Of a stretch of 64,000 bases of DNA, positions 60,151 through 64,000 are shown piece by piece. Positions within the stretch are counted from its first letter, which is position 1. Each line of letters opens with the position of its first letter. This DNA comes from an uncultured delta proteobacterium (GTDB taxonomy: Bacteria; Myxococcota; Myxococcia; Myxococcales; Anaeromyxobacteraceae). The notes below the pieces were generated by a model, which saw only the letters and a list, made by a program, of their open reading frames with translations, ran no database searches and was not told the DNA's origin. The translations under genes and the position numbers were made by a program. The stretch spans positions 224,001-288,000 of the forward strand of contig CAWFDF010000014.1 of assembly GCA_963814585.1 (NCBI GenBank), in the 5' to 3' direction.

Positions 60151-61929
60151 TCAGAGCGGGTACTTGTCGGCCGCCACCGCCGCCGCCCCCAGCAGCTTCT
60201 TGGCCTCCAGCAGCCCGGAGGCGTCGTACTTGGTGAAGCGCCGGACGCCGCCCAGCATCATGGTGGCCGTGTCGCCGTCGGCGACGAAGAAGACCGCCCG
60301 CTTGGCCGCCGAGGTCACCTTCTCGACCGCGCCGAAGGTGAAGACCTTGGCCGCGGCGTTGACCAGCGCGCGCCGCTCCTCGGACAGCCTGGGCCCGATC
60401 TTCTCGGCCCGCAGCACGGTGCTCTCGATGGCGAAGATCTGGATGGCCACGTCGGCCAGGGCCAGCAGCACCTCCTGCTCGTCCTTGATCCTGTCCTGGA
60501 ACCTCTGGACCGCGGCGCCCGAGACCACCAGGAAGGCCCTCTTCAGGTTGGCCAGCGTGGCCTTCTCGGCGGCGAACGGGACCGAGGGGTCGATCTCGTC
60601 GAGGGAAGGCGTCATCATCGCCTCCATCGCCTTCATCGCCTCCTTGGTCAGCGGGATCTCGCCCTTCATGGCCCGGCGAAGGATGGTGCCGGGGATGAGC
60701 AGGCGGTTGATCTCGTTGGTGCCCTCGAAGAGCCGGTTGATGCGCTCGTCCCGGTAGAACCGCTCCGCCGGGTACTCCTGCGTGAACCCGTAGCCGCCGT
60801 GCATCTGCACCACGTCGTCCACCACGTCGGCCAGCATCTCCGAGCAGTAGACCTTGGCGATGGCGCACTCGATCGAGTACTCCTCGATGGCCGCCTGGTA
60901 GGCCTCGTAGTAGCTGGGGGCCTCCCTGGAGAGCGTCGCGAGGCGGTCGTCGATCATGCCGGCCAGCCGGTAGATGAGCGCCTCCGAGGCGAAGAGGTCG
61001 GCGCTCCGATCGGCCATCTTCTCGCGCATGGCGCCGAAGCTGGAGATGGGCACGCCGAACTGCTTGCGGACGTTGGTGTAGGCGACGCCCACGCCGAGGG
61101 CGACGCGAGCCGCGCCGGTCACCGCCGCGCCCAGCTTGAAGCGGCCGACGTTGAGCACGTTGAAGGCGATCTTGTGCCCCTTGCCGATCTCGCCCAGCAG
61201 GTTCTCCACCGGCACCTTGGCGTTCTCCAGGATCACCGTGGTGGTCGAGGAGCCCTTGATCCCCATCTTCTTCTCCTCGGGACCGATGGTGACGCCCGGG
61301 AAGTCACGCTCCACCAGGAAGGCGGTGAAGTGCTTGCGGTCGATCTTGGCGAAGACCGTGAAGAGCGTGGCCCAGCCCCCGTTGGTGATGAACTGCTTGG
61401 TCCCCTCCAGCAGGTAGTGCTTCCCGTCGGGGGAGAGGGTGGCGAAGGTGGTGCCGCTCATGGCGTCGGAGCCGGCGCCCGGCTCGGTCAGGCAGTAGGC
61501 CGCCCCCCACTCCCCGCTGATGATCTTCGGCAGGTACTTCTCCTTCTGCGCCCTGGTCCCGTAGTAGATGAGCGGCAGCGTGCCGATGCCGGCGTGGGCA
61601 GAGTAGGAGACCGAGAAGGCGCCGGCGGCGCCCATCCGGTCGGCGCTGATGACGCTGGTGACCTTGTCGAGGTCGAGGCCCCCGAACTCGACCGGCGCGT
61701 CGATCATGAGCAGCCCGGCCTCGCCGGCCTTCCCCAGGAGCTTCATGGGCAGCCCCGGCTCCTGGTGCTCGAGCCTCTCGTAGACCGGCCAGACCTCGTC
61801 GCGCACGAACTTGTCGGCGGTGTCGGCGATGGCCTTCTGCTCCTCGGTGAAGTCCTCGGGGACGAAGACCTCGTCCTTGCTGGCCTCGCTGACGAGGTAC
61901 TCCGCGCCCTTGAAGAGCCTGGCTGCCAT
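60151..61929 (-). CDS. fadE: Acyl-CoA dehydrogenase
   Basis: 'AYCLTEPGAGSD', 'GTKQFITNG', 'EEKKMGIKGSST', 'QMHGGYGF', 'INRLFEGTNEIN'. Confidence 0.93.
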   Translation of the reverse strand: MAARLFKGAEYLVSEASKDEVFVPEDFTEEQKAIADTADKFVRDEVWPVYERLEHQEPGLPMKLLGKAGEAGLLMIDAPVEFGGLDLDKVTSVISADRMGAAGAFSVSYSAHAGIGTLPLIYYGTRAQKEKYLPKIISGEWGAAYCLTEPGAGSDAMSGTTFATLSPDGKHYLLEGTKQFITNGGWATLFTVFAKIDRKHFTAFLVERDFPGVTIGPEEKKMGIKGSSTTTVILENAKVPVENLLGEIGKGHKIAFNVLNVGRFKLGAAVTGAARVALGVGVAYTNVRKQFGVPISSFGAMREKMADRSADLFASEALIYRLAGMIDDRLATLSREAPSYYEAYQAAIEEYSIECAIAKVYCSEMLADVVDDVVQMHGGYGFTQEYPAERFYRDERINRLFEGTNEINRLLIPGTILRRAMKGEIPLTKEAMKAMEAMMTPSLDEIDPSVPFAAEKATLANLKRAFLVVSGAAVQRFQDRIKDEQEVLLALADVAIQIFAIESTVLRAEKIGPRLSEERRALVNAAAKVFTFGAVEKVTSAAKRAVFFVADGDTATMMLGGVRRFTKYDASGLLEAKKLLGAAAVAADKYPL

Positions 61930-61985
61930 GTGGTCCTCCCTTTCGAAGCTGGTGACGTCGTCGTCGCTGCGTGGATGGGCGGGCC

Positions 61986-63158
61986 CTAGGCCCGCTCGAA
62001 GATGCCGGCGGCGCCCATGCCGCCGCCGATGCACATGGAGACGGCGCCGTAGCGAGCGCCGGCCCGCTTCAGCTCATTGAGCAGCGTGGCCGTCAGCTTG
62101 GCGCCGGTGCAGCCGAGCGGGTGGCCCAGCGCGATGGCGCCGCCGTTGACGTTGACGCGCGCGGGATCGAGGCCGAGCGCCCGCACGCAGGCCAGCGACT
62201 GGGCGGCGAAGGCCTCGTTCAGCTCGATGACCGCGAGGTCCTCCACCTTCAGCCCGGTCTTCTTGAGGACCGCCGGGATGGCCTCCACCGGGCCGATGCC
62301 CATCAGCTCGGGCGGCACGCCGCGGACGGCGAAGCCGACGAAGCGGGCCAGCGGCCGGGCCCCGGACTGCTTCAGGAAGGCCTCCGAGACCACCAGCACC
62401 GCGGCGGCGCCGTCGGTCATCTGCGAGGCGTTCCCGGCGGTGACGGTGCCGCCCAGCTTGAAGGCGGGCTTGAGCTTGCCCAGCCCCTCGGCCGTGGTGT
62501 CGCGGCGGATCCCCTCGTCGGCGGCGAACCGCTCGGTGCGGCGCTGGACCTTGCCCTTCACCAGGCCGACGGTCTCCACCTCCACCGGCACCAGCTCGTC
62601 CTGGAACTTGCCGGCGTCCTGGGCGGCGGCGGCGCGGCGGTGGCTCTCGGCCGCGAACGCATCCTGGTCGGCGCGGGAGATGGCGTACTTCTCGGCCACC
62701 AGCTCGGCGGTGATGCCCATGGAGGCGTAGGACTCCGGCCAGGTCCCCACCAGCCCCGGGTTGGCGCTGAACTTCCCGCCGCCCATGGGCACCAGGCTCA
62801 TGCTCTCCACCCCGCCGGCGATGATGCAGTCGGCCCCCCCGGTGAGGATCCGCTCGGCGGCGGTGGCGATCGCCTGCAGGCCGGAGGCGCAGAACCGGTT
62901 CACGGTCTGGGCCGGCACCTGGTAGGGCAGCCCGGCCTTGAAGGAGGCGACCCGGGCCACGTTCATCCCCTGCTCCCCCTCGGGGAAGGCGCAGCCGAGG
63001 ATGACGTCCTCGACCAGCATGGGGTCGATCCCGGTCCGCTCCAGCAGCGCCTTGATGGCGACGGCGGCGAGATCGTCGGGGCGGACGTCCTTCAGCTTCC
63101 CCTTCTTGGCCTTGCCGCCTGGGGTGCGGACCGCGGCGAGGACGTAGGCAGCGCTCAT
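61986..63158 (-). CDS. fadA: Acetyl-CoA C-acyltransferase (thiolase)
   Basis: 'VNRFCASG', 'ELNEAFA', '[14 protein letters not shown]', 'MCIGGGMG'. Confidence 0.95.
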   Translation of the reverse strand: MSAAYVLAAVRTPGGKAKKGKLKDVRPDDLAAVAIKALLERTGIDPMLVEDVILGCAFPEGEQGMNVARVASFKAGLPYQVPAQTVNRFCASGLQAIATAAERILTGGADCIIAGGVESMSLVPMGGGKFSANPGLVGTWPESYASMGITAELVAEKYAISRADQDAFAAESHRRAAAAQDAGKFQDELVPVEVETVGLVKGKVQRRTERFAADEGIRRDTTAEGLGKLKPAFKLGGTVTAGNASQMTDGAAAVLVVSEAFLKQSGARPLARFVGFAVRGVPPELMGIGPVEAIPAVLKKTGLKVEDLAVIELNEAFAAQSLACVRALGLDPARVNVNGGAIALGHPLGCTGAKLTATLLNELKRAGARYGAVSMCIGGGMGAAGIFERA

Positions 63159-63209
63159 CGGGATTCTCCGTTCCTTCGAGTCGAGGGCATGGCGTGGTCT
63201 CGAGGCCGC

Positions 63210-64000
63210 TCAGTTGCGGAGCGGCTTCCCCTTCTTGAGCATGTGCTGGATGCGCTCGAGGGTCTTCTTCTGGGTGCAGAGCTTGAGGAAGGCCTCGCGC
63301 TCCAGGTCGAGGAACCACTGCTCGGTGACCACCGTCCCGGCCGGCACGTCGCCGCCGGTGATGACGCCGGCGATGGTCTTGCCGAGCTGCTCCTCGTACT
63401 CGGTGATGAAGCCGCCCATGCGCATGTTCCAGAGCTGCGTGGCGAGGCTGCCGGCCACGCTGCGCCCCGGCGCCTTGAGGTCCATGGCCGGCTGGGCGGG
63501 GCGGTAGTTGGCCGCCAGGGCCAGGACCCGCAGCTTGGCGTCCTGGATGAGCTGGTCGGCGCCCATGGTGATGGTGTCGCCCTGGCGCAGCAGCCCGGTG
63601 CCGAAGAGCTCGGCGGCCGAGCTGCTCACCTTGGCCATGGCGATGGCGCTGAAGCTCTTGAAGAGGAAGGGCGAGACGTCGGTCTCCCACTGGTCGGCCA
63701 GCCGGATGGCGCGCAGCGCCAGCTCCTTGGTGCCGCCGCCGGCCGGCAGCAGGCCAACCCCGATCTCGACCAGCCCCATGTAGGTCTCGGCGTTGGCGAC
63801 CACGGCGTCGGCGTGGAGGCAGACCTCGCAGCCGCCCCCCAGCGCCATGCCGTGCGGCGCGGCCACCACCGGTACGCGGGCGTACTTCACCGCCATCATG
63901 GCCTTCTGGAAGGCGCTCACCGTGAGGGTGACCTCGTCGTAGGCCCCCTCGGCGATGGCCATCACCAGCAGGGCGAGGTTGGCGCCGACCGAGAAGTTGG
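63210..64000 (-). CDS. fadN: 3-hydroxyacyl-CoA dehydrogenase/enoyl-CoA hydratase, FadN-like (5' part outside the window)
   Basis: 'NFSVGANL', 'ALGGGCE', 'GLVEIGVGLLPAGGG', C-terminal 'LEREAFL...GKPLRN'. Confidence 0.88.
   Translation of the reverse strand, partial: NFSVGANLALLVMAIAEGAYDEVTLTVSAFQKAMMAVKYARVPVVAAPHGMALGGGCEVCLHADAVVANAETYMGLVEIGVGLLPAGGGTKELALRAIRLADQWETDVSPFLFKSFSAIAMAKVSSSAAELFGTGLLRQGDTITMGADQLIQDAKLRVLALAANYRPAQPAMDLKAPGRSVAGSLATQLWNMRMGGFITEYEEQLGKTIAGVITGGDVPAGTVVTEQWFLDLEREAFLKLCTQKKTLERIQHMLKKGKPLRN

Overview
High-GC bacterial chromosomal window. Gene content (multiheme cytochromes, system II cytochrome c maturation, myxobacterial-type hypotheticals) suggests an Anaeromyxobacter-like member of Myxococcota; this is inference, not a database result. 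About 50 protein-coding genes are supported; no rRNA, tRNA, CRISPR array or transposase was seen. Housekeeping and metabolic genes: uracil permease, a divergent UPRTase, ABC-F, class I fumarase, pepD, glnS, DAHP synthase, prfC, ADH, CoA-disulfide reductase-rhodanese and a fadN-fadA-fadE operon. There are also two ABC export cassettes. The best candidate for an undescribed system is an ~11.4 kb cluster (27904-39271). It has four cobalamin-binding radical SAM enzymes, a GH3-family adenylating enzyme, two GNAT-like proteins and an MMPL/RND transporter, with no PKS, NRPS, ACP or obvious precursor peptide. Also notable: a 29-CXXCH lipoprotein cytochrome, an orphan OmcA/MtrC-like decaheme, a ccs operon with an extra lipoprotein and an FNR-like box, and two near-identical inverted copies of a 179-bp MITE-like hairpin element. 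At least 7 genes carry small frameshifts that look like sequencing/assembly indels. Most long ORFs in the supplied track are GC-rich shadow ORFs.
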